Made by a program: the position numbers and the translations under genes. The notes under the pieces were generated by a model. It ran no database searches. It was not told where the DNA came from and saw only the letters and a program-made list of their open reading frames with translations. From Utricularia gibba (Eukaryota; Plantae; Magnoliophyta): a stretch of 64,000 nucleotides of DNA. Position 1 is the stretch's first letter, and the number at the start of each line of letters is the position of its first letter. The stretch is taken from NCBI GenBank assembly GCA_002189035.1, contig NEEC01000016.1, positions 1,674,001 through 1,738,000 of the forward strand, given 5' to 3'. Positions 24,829 to 38,504 of this stretch are shown in pieces.

Positions 24829-25845
24829 AGGTGCTTGCAATGTGAAAGTTAATGCATGAAATCAGTGTCACGTTGGTAAAATTGGTCTTAGCTAGGAATA
24901 AAACAGAACTATGATGGAATGCAGTAAGGAAAAGCAACAAGTTTTGGGATTCGGTAGTTTCTGGAATGGAATGGGTGATGCCTTGGGACTCCTAGGGAAT
25001 GTATGCCTATCACTAAACAAGCTCACATAAATCATAAGCCATACAACTAACTCACAAGATCTAGGTCTACCCGGATTCTTGTTTTTCCCCCTAATCTTTG
25101 GTCTACCTCTAATTAGGGTTGTTAAGTTGGGTTTCACTACGTCCCCCTCCTGAATCTATCCTGATTTGTTAAGGAAGTGGTGTGACGTATGGTTTATTAG
25201 GTCTAAGGATTGATTAGCATATTTCTCCCCTTTTTACCCCAAGGCACCCCCCTAAGTGCTTAGCTACTCATGATAATGGAAAGTAAAACATCTTCATAGC
25301 AGATACTAAGCAACATCTTGGCTACAAATGCTAAACAACAACGAGCAATATGAAGCAAAAGTAGGACAGACACTTTGTTCACACAGGAAATCCAAATCTA
25401 GTCTTAGCTAGGAACAGTAAACATGAAGAACGAAAATAATTTCTCAAGAGAAGCTGTGTTCTTCTAGTTCGTCATCCCCTCCTTCTTCTTCCTCCAGAAA
25501 CTTGTCTTGAGTCTCCAAAGGGAGATCTACCTTCTCTCTCCAACTTTCCCTCCTTTTGTCCAAAATCTCTCTTTTTCCCTCCTTGGATTTTGTGTGTACC
25601 AATTTGCAGACTTTTGAACTCATCTTCTGCCACTACACTGTGCATATTTGGCTCCTTGGGATTTGTGTTGCGACCTGTACTGCATTACTCAAATAAAACT
25701 ATTAGAAGGTTGGGACTAAATCGCAAATTTAGTCCCAACTAAGACTAAATTGACACTACTACGGTACTTATGTGCAAAAATATAAAATTAGGCAATAAAG
25801 CATAATTTTTGTAACACAACATGAGTAAATTCCATGCGTTGAGTC
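24829..25845 (-). mobile_element. Truncated LTR of the same Athila-like family as 9724-10888 and 49154-50324
   Basis: Reverse-complement similarity to 9740-10770; both ends missing, no TSD. Confidence 0.85.
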
Positions 25846-28800
25846 ACTGATTTGTTGTAACTCTTTTTCATTCTCCTCTAATAAGCTCCTAGTTGGGTAT
25901 ATATACTTTGGCATTTTTCTTCTAGTAATTCCAACTCCAAGTTCCGCAATTCGGCAATGTCCGCTATATTGTAATGTTCAATCCGATAGCTCTTTAGTGT
26001 TAATTTGATTGGACATACTGCTTCTAACCCATATACAAACAAGAATGGAGACTCCTCTATGATGGTTTGTGGAGTTGTGCGATATGACAATAAAACTTCC
26101 TCTAACTAGTCCACTCAGGATCCGTCAAAATCTTCAAGTTTAGTTTTCATACCTTGCCTAAGCGTCCGATTTATAACTTCCATAAGGCCATTGCTTTAGG
26201 GGTGATATATGGAGGTAAAGTTATGCTTGATGGAGTATCTCTCTAGAAAAGCATCCATCTTACCTCCTGTGAACTGAGTCTCATTATCTGTTACCAACCC
26301 ATGGGATATTCTGAATCGGATAAGGATGTTTCTCCATAGAAAACTAATGACAGTTTCCTCTAATATTTTGGGCACATCTTCTGCTTCTACCTATTCGAAG
26401 AAGTATTCAATTGCCATGATCATAAATTTCCTTTGATCCGATGTTTGGGAAATGGCCCCATGATGTCTACTCCCCATCAGTTGAACGGGCATGAAAGAGG
26501 TAGAACTATGAGGTCATTAACCGGCTTCCCAGGCACATTTGCATGATGCTAGCATGCTTTGTACTTCTTTAAAAATTTGTAATATCATGCTTCATGGTTG
26601 GCTAGTAATATCTACTCCTTAAAGCTTTTCTGCACAGGGATTGTATCCCAATATGGCTACCGCACTCTTCCTCATGCAAATCGGTAATAAGTTTTTAGGA
26701 CTGCTCTTTCGTGATACTCCTTAGCAAGGGTACACAAAAGCCTTTTATAGAAGACTCCATCAAGCAGTATATATCTCTTTGCCCTAACTTTCAATCTTTG
26801 AGCTTCTAGTTTATTGGTCGGGATCTCTCCTGTTTGTAGGAACCGAATGTATGGTATCATCCAATCTTCATGGGGATTCAGCTAAGGGGAGATATCGTTC
26901 ATAGATTGATGAGAGATATGATTAACTGCTTGCAATGTTACTGAAGTCTGATCCTGTAGCCAAATTATCACACTTCCTCTTTCAGATCCTAGAACGCTAC
27001 AACAAATCTAGCCAAGCTATCGGCCGATATGTTCTTCTTGTGAGCCATGTGTGATAACACCAATTCTTTAAAGGTCTTTGCCAATTCCTTCACCTTAGTG
27101 CAATACTAGGACATCATGGGGGCATGAGTCTCATATTCGCCAGAAACCTGACATTGCCCAACAGAGAATCGGTATAAACATCGAGCTCCAAGACCCCAAT
27201 TACATGGGATTGACTCATTCCTTCAATCAGAGCCTCCTATTCAGCTATGTTGTTGGCAGCTGGAAATAAAAATTTCACCGTAAGGTAGATATGATCCTCA
27301 TTTAAAGTTTTGATGTCTATTCCTCCTCAAGATCCATTGAATGTCAACCCGTCTACATGCATAATGCATCAATCATTGACTTCCATGAATAAGTTAACCG
27401 GCCTTGTCATTTCAACTAAGAAATCAATGAGTGATTGAGCATTGATCGACGTTCTTGACCTGAACTCGATATCCATGATGCTAAACTCAACTGCCCACTT
27501 GGCCATCTTCCCCGTTGTCTCGGGACGAGAGAGTATATTCTTCATATGTTGATTCAAAAATACCACAACATACCGATTTTGAAAATATGAAGTCAGCTTG
27601 GTGGCCGCCATTTTCAAGGCCAATATAAACTTTTCAGTCATGGGAATATTGAGTTTTTGCTGGGAGGAGGACCTTGCTCACATAGTATACCGGCAAATAC
27701 TTTTCTCTTGATATAGTTACCAAAACTCTACTGACAATCATAGATTATATCGATAGATAAAGCCCCAAGGGCTCACCTTCTTTAAGAGCCACTAAAAGCA
27801 GTGGTGATGAGATATATTCCTTTAGCTTTTTAAAAGCAACCTAGCAATCCTTATTCTATTTCAACATGTTTCCTTTTTGGAGGACCTTGAAAAAGGATGC
27901 AAACTTGTCCATGGATCACAAGATGAATCAACTAAGAGTGGCCAGTTTTTCGGTAAGACTCAAGTACTCCTTCATTGTCTTCAGGGGTTGCATTTCGCAT
28001 ATCACCTTTATGTTAATGAGATTCACTTTGATTCCTCTTTTTGACACATAATGACCAAGAAATATTCCACTTCTTACTCCAAAGCAACACTTTAAGGGGT
28101 TGAGTTTCAGCCCATATGATCGACATAAAGAGAAACAAGAATCCAAATAAGCCAAATGATCTTCTCCATTCATAGATTTGACGATCATGCTGTCCACATA
28201 CACTTCCATGGAGTGGCCGATTTCGTTAGCAAAAATTTTGTTCGCAGAGCGCTGGTAGGTACCCCTCTACATTCTTCAGAGCGAAAGGCATGACCACATA
28301 GCAGTAGACCGCATTCTTGGTTTAAAACATTGTTTTAGACTGATCCTTTTCGGCAATGAAGATTTGATGGTAGCCGCAATAAATGTCCATGGTATTCATC
28401 AGTCTAAATCTAGTGATGGCATCAACCAACTTGTCGATCTTTGGAACCTGATATGGATCTCTCTCACAATAGACATTCAGATCAATGAAGTCAACACACA
28501 TTCTCCACTTCCTCTGAGTTTGGGGATGGTGATGGAGTTGACCATCCATTCTTAATACTAGATTTCCCTCACATAATCGGCTTGCAGCAGCTCTCCTATC
28601 TTTTCCTTGATGATTCTGCTCTTCTCCTTGAAAAAATGCCTCTACTTTTGCTGAATTGGAATGACCCCTGGATAGGTGTTGATATGGTGTTCAGCAACAA
28701 ATTGGTTAATACCTACAAAATCGATAGCAGTCCAAACAAAGATGTCAATATTCTTCTTCAATAACCTCGCTAACCTTTCCTCGAATTTGATGTCTAGATC

Positions 28801-31800
28801 TGTGCCGATTCGGGTTATCTACTATGCATCCTTTGGTACCAATTGCTATTGCTTATATCTCACTAGTTCCATGGCCCTTCTGGGGTGTTCCTTGTAGTCT
28901 TTCTCCACCATCATTATCCTTGGCTTCTTTGTGTATGGGTCTTGGCAAGAGGAGTCATAAAAAGATCGGGCTGCTAGTTGGTCGATATCCAGCATGCAAA
29001 TACACTTTGGGGTTGGAAACTTGATTTTCAAATGCACAGTTGAGGGGATCATCCCAAATTGATTGATCCCCTGTTGGCTAAGAATGATGTTGTAGGAGAC
29101 TTCTGAATCAAGTATTAGGAATTCCAGTCTCTCAATTCGATTTCATCCTACAACATCAAATGTCACTGGCAAGGTTATCTTTCCATCCGTCTTCATAGCC
29201 CTTTGATCGAAAACATATAATTCCATGCTTACTCAGTGAATATCCCCCTCCTTGGAGGATTCGAGCAATTCAGCCACTTCCTTTATCAATGAGGATCCTT
29301 CTCACCTTCGTGCTCTAGTATATTCTTGCAATTGCTAAAGGCTCATTCCGGGCTGTGGGACCAACTGGGACATCTCTCTTGACGAAACTGATTTCTTCTT
29401 TCCCCAAGTAGCTCTTTCGAGCTGGTTTCTTCCAATCTCACAAACTTATGGTTTTCTTGCTTTGTCAAGGTACCTCTTCCTTGTCTTTTCGGATTCATCA
29501 ATTTCGATCCCTCCTGACACCACATGGATTTCCCAAATGTAAGGTGGGCTATCTTGTACGTGGTTGACATCTCGTGAGGTTTCCAATCTTTCCCATCCTC
29601 GTTTTGCAGTCGAGTCCTCTTCTTTGCGTCTTACATTTTCTTGCGGCTGAGGCAGGAACTTTGGGTGCTAATTTCCAGTTCTTGGTTGATCACTTCGTGT
29701 TTGCTTATGACCAACCGATCCACCTAACCCTGAGTTGCAGCAATTTGCATGATAATGCTCTATCATCCTCTTCATTACCCAACAGTCGATGGTATCGTGT
29801 CCGGCTGTTTTTTATATCTCACAATAGATATTTGGTTTTGCAGGCTCCACCTAATACACCTCTCGATGCCTGACTAGCCACACGGCCCGATTCATTTTTT
29901 CCTTGTGCTACTGAACCGGAGTTATGTCTACTCAACTTCTTGCATCAGCCCTAAGGTCATCGTCGACCCGAATATATTTCATGATCTTTCTCAAGAGTTC
30001 TTTGGGATTTTTTTGATGGTGACTTCGACAAAATTTGTCTCAATTTTGAAGTCCCCAATGCTCACTTCATCACCTCCACTATTTCCTTGAGGTCCAGCTG
30101 CACATCTTTGGCTAGATAGTTGAATCGGTCGATGAACTCTCTTAAACTTTCTTTTCTGTGTTCATACCGAATGGAATACATTGATGCCTTGGATGGCGGG
30201 GCTTCAATGATAACAACATATCAGGTAGTGAAGAGCAACACCAACTCTCTGTAAGAGGCCATGCTATAGGGTTCTAGCTGCTTGAGCCATGTCTTTACTC
30301 CCTTCTGAAGTGAGCAAGCGAATAGTTTGCATTTTATGGACTCGATATGTCGAACCATCACCATCATCATGTCAAAATCGGTCATGTGGTAAATGGGATC
30401 CCTCCTCCCGTCATATGTTGGCAAGCCGTCCGGCACTCTAAATCCTCTTTTGGACTCTTCCCCGATGAGCTCATCAAAAAAAGAGTAAAAACATGGGGCA
30501 GTTGCTCTAGTTGATCCTTCCACTCTGCTTTTCAGGGAAAGGTCAATGACTGCCAGTACATCCCTGTGCCCCATGCGCACGCTCTATTCGAAGGCGTCTT
30601 GGAATCCCCAACCTTTTCTCACTACTCGCTCTATCTGCAAGCCAACCTGCTTCATCTTTACAAGAACTTCTTCCAACTCTCTTCTGAGTTCCTCTTCCCT
30701 TCTATCTAATATTTCTCTCGCCCTTTCCCTCCTATCTTTACCTGGCTCATAGATGATCATATCATGCCTCTTTCTTCTCAACATCTCCTCTTCAATTTCC
30801 GTCTCAGTATCCGTGAGGTATTCCAACACTATTGGCTACTTGATAGCTCTTCACTCCGTCTCTGGGTTTCCTCTTGCATGTTCGAGTTTAGACCCGAGAA
30901 TGATTTGATGTTCAAGAATATCTCCATCATCAAGGCCTTGAGCTGTTCTCGGTTTATGACCATTAGACCAAGATCCTGCATGCTAACACTTCCTTCGTTG
31001 CTGGCATTGATGATGGTTTGTCATGTTGAAGATTCAGTAGGTAATCTCTGGGGTTTCTCGAGTGGGACAATAAATCGAGCCCCATGGGCGCCAAAATGTT
31101 GTGGTTAAGAATTGGTTTGTTGAAAATAGCCGATTCTCGAGTGATAGAACATAATTACTCATATTTGATTTGCAGGTTACGAGTTTGGGGGTCGCTCTGT
31201 GAATGAATGAAATAAAAAGGGAACAAGGATTTTTTACGTGGAAACCGCTGATTGGGGAAAACCATGAAGTTGGTGGACCTCATCGGAAAATTGGCTTCAC
31301 TAAGGAGGAGGAAGAAAAGGTTACAAAAATTGGATGTCTTGAGATCAACCCCTTTTTCTTTAAGCATTCTCTTTTTTACAGGAGAGGTTACCCCAACCGA
31401 TGACTACGGATGTCAACTGCTTTATGCTTCTGATTGTACATGGTCTTGCTGACCGATAACTGCCACATGCTTTGATATTCCTATAATTCGGCTACTTTTC
31501 AAACCCATCCAAAATGTCCGCCGCTGCCTAGCTCTGACCCTTATCAATCTGTTTGCATGTGATAGGCTGTCAGAATTTGTCTTTGACATGGTCCCAACAG
31601 ATGTAGCCTTCATACAACATGTACTGATTTAGTACTCTATCATTAGCAATCATATTAACTTGAACGCCTAAAAAATGATGTAGCCCTCCTAGGTCCTTCA
31701 TTGCAAATTCCTTGAATAGTTTTGCAACCAAGCAGTACGCACACTCTGAATTTGTCCCGATATGATTATATCATCAAAATATAAAAGTAGAATTAGTATT

Positions 31801-32288
31801 TCATTTTCAACATGAGGAATAAAGAGTGAAGGGTCTACCAAACTACAGAAAAAACTATGCTTAACAAGAATGAGCTAAAGCAATCAAACCAAGCCCAAGC
31901 AGCCTGCTTAAGTCCGTACAACACTCTGTTCAATTTGCAAACATGATAAGGAAGTTGTTTATCCTTCATACTTGGGGGGTTGTTCCATGTATATGTCCTC
32001 TGTTATTTGGCCATGGAGGAATGCATTTTTCACATTCAACTGTTTGACTTCTAATTTTTAATAAGAGCTATGGACATGATGAATCGAATTGTGCTTGGTT
32101 GGATCACTAGTGAGAAATTCTTAGCGTAGTCTACCCAATCTACTTGATCAAAGCCTTTGGCAACAAGAAGAGCCTTGAGTTGAGTAAGGGATTCATCGGT
32201 ATTTAGTTTTGCCCTTTAAACCCATTTGCACCCTATGACGTGAGTGAACTTATTCCTAGGCACAAATACCCAAGTGCTTTTGTGCAGT

Positions 32289-33268
32289 TGATAACATGCA
32301 AATTTTTCTATTTTTACGCTATGAAAATTATAATCTTTTAATCATGTTTCAGGTGTTTATTTTATGCTTTTTATTATTCCATAAAATTTAGGAAATATGT
32401 GATTTTTGTGTATTGTTGGGCTAAATCCTTAAATTTAGCCCACTCCATGTTCTAACCCAAATGTGAGTCCAACAGTAAGTCGTGAAAAATAAGGAGAGAA
32501 GACAAGGATTTCGTGCAGGAAGCTACATAGCAAATGTGCAACCCAACAGAAGGGACAATGAGTGCACTTCTACAGCTGCAGATTGCAAGTCAGAGGCAGA
32601 AGCAGCACCATTGTTAGAGTATTGTACTTGCTTAGGGAATGGAGTAGAAAATATTTTTTTTTCGAAGGAGAGAGAGAAAGAAGAGAGCTTCAGCAACGAA
32701 CACACATGAAGTAGCTCCAAAAACAACAAACAACAGGGAGAAAGAAGGAGCTTTTTGGGAAGAAGACTGTCAACCTATAGAACATTACTAATACCCTATT
32801 CAGGGCTGTGAACAGTAGCAGACAAGAATCCGAACTATTTCTACTTTACTTTCATTTGCTGAATGTTTTTAGTTTCTGTAATTGACTTTCTCACAATGAT
32901 TCTAATATTTTTGCTACTTTATCTTGATAATATTATGTTTTATTTTCTACACATGAGTAGCTAAACTTAAGGCATCTTGGTATTAATTTGTACCTATAAT
33001 CAATATTTGTTCCTCTCCAGGTTGAGATTTGCTTTTACTTATTGAACTTGCCTACCACTGTTAGTTCGACCTAGACTAAGACTGAAATCGTTTTGAGATC
33101 ATGTGTGGACTAAGACACATAGCAAGCATTCATTTCTTATGATCAACCCTGAAATTCCACTGTACAATTAGTATTTTATTTGTGTTTTGTGAAGACTAGG
33201 GTTTACAAATTTATTTGATATGGAATTCTATTTTTATTGCAATGATAATAGGAATTTTCCATTTATCA
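32289..33268 (+). mobile_element. Solo LTR (gypsy, Athila-like), 980 bp
   Basis: TG...CA, perfect TSD GCAGT; empty site in copia copy A near 7412. Confidence 0.88.
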
Positions 33269-35014
33269 GCAGTGCATCCAACTCCTCATTTGTTGCTGTT
33301 GTCCAGCCACAATGATTCAAGGCTTCTTTCAAAGTTCTTGGTTCTACTGGGATTATTGAATGTACGTCCATATGTAAAGCGTACTTAGGATTCACCTTTA
33401 TTATCCCACTTTGTGACTAATTTCACATGGTTTATGTCCTCTGCACACAAGAATAACTAGGATTAGGAACAAAGGTAGGACTAGTAGCAATACTTGAGTG
33501 TCACGACTCGTTTGATTCTAATGAGGTTGGACAATAATAGATGTTAGATTGATGTTGTCAGCTACCTCTGAAGAGAAATCAGCACGCTGTGTAAGAGAAA
33601 CATCCATTTGGAGTAGTTCACCGCCACTATTGCAATGGCTCGTGCCAATTCAGGTTTTGGAATCGCTAGGGAAGATGAAGAGCAATTGGCTTGTTGTGTA
33701 GGGGAAACATCCATTGGGGCAGCCCACTGCCATGGCTCACTCCCATTTTCAAAGCCTGAAATTGATGTGGAAGGCGACAATTCTTCTGCAACATTAACAC
33801 AGTTAGGAAAATGAGAGTTTTCAGTATTATCATAAACCTATTCAGTGACTAGTGACTACATGTGGAGGGTTGTTGAATGGGTATGATTCTCGTACTGGTT
33901 TTTGAGTTCTAGCAATGAGTTGTTAGCTTGTATGACCAAGGGAACTTCATCCGCTGCAGGTCAAACAACTCGTGATATATCCAAGTGGGTGGAAATAGGG
34001 AACTTGGATAGTTGTCTAGCACCTTCGGGTACTACTGCATAAGTATGAGAAGTCTTTTCCATATTTGAACCAACTGTTTAAGCAATTCCATGGTATAGTT
34101 CTTGAGTTCATTTATTAAAGAGCTTGAAAATGAAACCTGATGGAGGTGGAGACACATCATTAGTATACTTAAATGGAAAGGTTGTCTCATAAAAAATCAC
34201 ATGACAGGAGGTATGAATTTTCTTGGTAGCAGGGTCAAAACAATAATACCCTTTGTGACTATTGGTATAACCATTAAAAACACAAAGTGTTGTTTCTGAA
34301 GAAAACATGTTTTTCTTTGTATCCCAGAGATAAGGAAAACATTTAGCACCAAATACTCTCAATATTAAATAATTCAGATGAGATGCAAATAAGTATAAAT
34401 AAGGTGACTCACTTTTTAGTGAGATGGATGGTAGCTAGTTGAGAAATACATAGATGTTCCAAATACCTCTAGCTAGAGTGATAAGGGTAAACCATGTGAA
34501 ATAACAATGTCATTCCATATTCAAAAATGGTTCTATGTCTCCTTTCACATCCATTGTTGGTTTGTAAAATTTTAATGTGCCTTTGAAATTGACGTTGAAC
34601 ATATTTTTCAAACTGAATAAATGTGATAGAGACAATTATTTTTTAGTTGAAAAAAACACATAAATCTAGAATATGCATCGACAAGGCATGCATAATAACG
34701 AAAACCGGCGTGAGACACTACTGGTGCTGGGCCCCAAAAATTACAATAATTTTTTTCAAAAGATACAATTGGAAGAGAGTCTAATTGAATAAATGGTCTT
34801 AGATAGCTTTCCAAATTGACAACTATCATAGAACATAGACTGACTTGGCTTGTTTATAGTGATCAAGCCTTTATTTTTTTAATAAGAGAATCATAGCATC
34901 TTGTAGATGTCCAAGACATTTGTGCCATAGTTCACACAAGCAAGAATTAAAATGATTTTAAAAATGGGATGCCAGTGAATCTTCGATCATATAGAGGCCC
35001 TGCCGATGTTGACT

Positions 35015-36409
35015 TGATAGCACAAAGATTTTCCTGATTTTATGATATGAAAATCACAAGTTTTTGATTATGTTTAGTTGTTTATTTTATAGTTTTAAAT
35101 ATTTTTATATAATTTAGAAAAATATGATTTTTGGTGTGTTAGTGGGCTGAATCCTTTGATATAGCCCACCCCATGTTATAACCCGATTTTGAGTCCAATA
35201 ACAACCCCAAAATCATGGAAGAAACCAGGATTTCGTGCAAGTCACCGTGCAGTAGGGAGCAATGAGTACACTGTCGCAACGACAGTCTGCAAGTTAAGGA
35301 CAGGAGCAGCAAAACTGATAGAGATTGTATTTACTTTGGGAAGTGAGAGACGGAGAAAATTTGAAGGAGAGAGAATCGCAAAGGGAGCTTGACCAACTTT
35401 AGCAGAACACACACACGAGGGGGATTCTCCTCCAACTCAAACATAACGAATCTTGAACCAGAAGGAGAAAGAAGGGCGATTTTCTGGAGAAGAACCTCCA
35501 ACGTGAAGGACGAAGATCAAGACTCAGTCCAGTGCTACTATTATGGCTTGTGAACAGTGGCCGACAGAAACCAGAACTATTACTGCTTTACTTTCGTTTG
35601 TAGACATTTTTAGTTTTTGCAACCAACTCTTTCACAATGTTCTTGACATTTTTGCTGCTCTATGTTAATGTTATCATATTTTACCTTCCAAGTATGAGTG
35701 GCTAGAACCCTAGGGATGCATTAAGATAAAGCATGGTGGGGTGGCTCTAAGATTCATAATGAAATTCATCATTGTTTCTTAGTTATTGTTTCTATCAATC
35801 CATGAGTAGACCTAAGGAGGGGAATAAGTAGCTTTACAACTGAGATTTTTGATTTAGAGGTAGATCAACAAATCAAGACAGGAGCAGTAGGTTTTAGTCC
35901 GGGGTAGAACGAGTAGAACCGGGTAGACTTAGTTTTATACACTTTGCATTCGGGTAGACCTAATTGCAATGTTGGTGATGATATTGGGAACTAACTTAGT
36001 CGAAAACATGATGAATGACCTAAGTAGACTTAGATTATTTGAAGTTGTGAGTGTAGAAACATAATAAATTAAATTAGACATTTTAGCACCACACCACCTA
36101 TAGACTCTTATGGCATCTTAGTATTACTTTGAGTTAGAACTAGTACTTGTTACCTTCAGTATTGAGACTTAAACTTGTACATTGAAATTGCTTACTACAG
36201 TTAGTTTAATCTTAGACTAAGAACTACCGTTATTCTGAATTTTGCATCTACTGAAACACTTGACAAGCACAAGCTTCTTGTGATTGACCCTGAATTCCAT
36301 TGTACATTTTTTGTTTAATTTGTATTTTATGAGAATTAAGGCTTATAAATTTATTTGATACAAAAATTTGATTTCATTGCAACGACATTGTTAAAATTTT
36401 CGTTTATCA
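35015..36409 (+). mobile_element. Solo LTR (gypsy, related to 32289-33268), 1395 bp
   Basis: TG...CA, TSD TGACT/TGCCT; empty site in copy A near 11825; shares the GGGCT.AATCC....TAGCCCAC.CCATG block with the previous LTR. Confidence 0.82.
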
Positions 36410-36906
36410 TGCCTTTTTATCTTGGGATGTCTGGTTGCTCGTTCCTTTATAAAAATAAAAACTTTTGTGAGTAAATTCACAATTGGCAGGATAATCAAAT
36501 GTCAGTTGAGAAATAGAAAGCAAATTCTTAATTAGTTCAGGAACATATAACACATTTTTTAAAGGCATAGTGGCATTATTTTGTTTCTGATTTGAAGTAC
36601 CAATGCCTATAATTGGTATAGAGATTTCGTCTCCAATTACAACTCCATCATTACTAGTCCACTCAGTTTCTACCTGTGTGTTGTTGATGGTGAGATTTGC
36701 GAGTGCATGTGCAAGCACGATTTCTTAAGGCATGACTTGAGGTCCTGTAATTGTTGTTGTTTCAGCTCAATACATCTTTTTTTTTATTATTCGAAACTCA
36801 GACGAGCACAAAACCCATTGTGACCACCCAAAATGTTTCAAGAGGCAAATGCTCTCTGTATACTTGATTAGAAACTAAAAATCTCATGGATCCGGTGATC
36901 ACACAT

Positions 36907-37305
36907 GGGACTTGTGAACATGTGAATCCTTAACCGGCCTCGGTGATTTTTGTAGGGATGAAGCAAACTTGGAGATGTGTTGCGCAGGCTCGTGAGAATT
37001 ATGCTCCTGTACAGACAGCCATTTAGGAAAAACAAAATATATGAACTGTACAACGAGAATTATGCTCATATATGTAACTTGCTACTCACCTGGACCCATC
37101 GCCCACCGGAATGCATCGAAAGTGTAATTTGTTGGCAGTTGCCCAGAACAAATCACATGAACTGGCAGGCCTTTTATCTCATCTCGATCACTCCGTTCAG
37201 ACGAATCAAAACTAGCGTTAAGGCTCTTTCTCATACTGAAAACTGCGGCTCCTCAATCCCTGCCCTTTAAAAGGATCCTATCAGCATCTGCCTCCGATTT
37301 ACTCA
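36907..37305 (-). pseudogene. AXR4-like gene fragment with two internal deletions
   Basis: Aligns to 40720-41169 of the intact gene including the intron; 5'-truncated. Confidence 0.9.
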
Positions 37306-38504
37306 ATGGACTTATGAGGAACTACCTGGGCTACCAATGAGGACGACGTGTAAATAAATCCATCCAGAGAAAACCCACGTAAAATGCAGAACACGAGAAC
37401 AGCACACAGGGAAGCGTTCCAGAAATGGGCAAGGTTTCCAACAGTGAGAGGCGTGCCTAAGGCTGTTGGTCGGCCGCCGTCTACTTGGCGTTCTGGGAGT
37501 TGCCCTCTGAATCCGATGAAAGTCAAAAGGGCATCTATCTCCCTGTATCAATTTGGTGTTGACACAAATGCAACCCCGCAGCGCCATTTAATGCAATTCC
37601 CCCACCTCAAAGCAAGGAGACGAAAGAGGGAAGGAAACAAATCAACATAACACTGTGGTACCTCCTATCAAAATTGAAATTATTATTCGTATTCCAAATG
37701 GTCGGATTTTAGTATATCTTATTATTTGTTTTTAAATTAAATTCTCTAATAATATCATATTATAATTTTAATTCAAAAAAAGATATGATTCGTAATTTTT
37801 TGCAAGTATTTTTATTCAAAAATAGATAATTAATACACATAAATTTTTAAATCAGAAAAAATGTATAATGTAAAAAGAAAAAATTGTAATAACATCATAA
37901 ATTTCGATCAATATAAAAATTTTAATTATTAAATTTTAAAATTACAAAAAAATAATTTAAGTTATCAAAACCATTCAATATAAATCTAACCAGTTTTTAA
38001 AATATTTAAAAATAAGATAGAGTAAACTGTTACTGATCTAAAACTCAATAAAATTTCATATTAAAACTTTTTGAATTCATATATGAAGTTAGATAAATTG
38101 AATATTAACTCTGTTAGAGTTATATCACATTTGTGTATTGTATGATTTAGCGGGACGATGATTATATCAAGTTTGCTATGATTCAAAATGATAATGATTA
38201 TATCAAGTCTCGTATAATACACTATCATAAAAACATTAAGGTTAAAATCGATTAATTTTAGTAATATGAAGAATTAAATATGTAATCTTATATGTTTGAA
38301 GATAAATTATTTATAAAATAAATAAGTTAGTAATCTATAACATGATGATGTGTAGGAGACCCATAATACAGTCATATAATGGCTTTATTTCTTCATCGAC
38401 ACCCAGCCAACTATTACAAGGTTCTGGGATTGGCAATGATGGACATGAGTAACGGTAAGTTTATTCTAACATCATAATTCGTATGAGAAATTCGGCCCCG
38501 GGGC

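Larger units (their letters stand above)
21770..31642 (-). mobile_element. Gypsy Tat/Retand-type LTR retrotransposon, complete outline but degenerate
   Basis: LTRs 21770-22317 and 31097-31642; perfect TSD TTAGC; PBS TGGCGCCCATGGG. gag (LPTYDGRRDP, CKLFACSL) 30221-30829; RT (WRMCVDFIDLN, YVDSMIVKS); RNase H (MAKWAVEF) followed by a second RNase H-like region; integrase to 25878. Confidence 0.92.
20097..36880 (-). mobile_element. Copia (RE1/RE2-like) element, copy B, paralog of 5155-15048, with a nested Tat element and two solo LTRs
   Basis: LTR 20097-20268, PPT 20269-20281, PBS (TGGTATCA on minus) 20476-20483, LTR 20486-20948, PPT, RNase H 20972-21280, RT split at 21770/31642, integrase 33270-34830, protease region 36410-36720. 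Confidence 0.85.
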
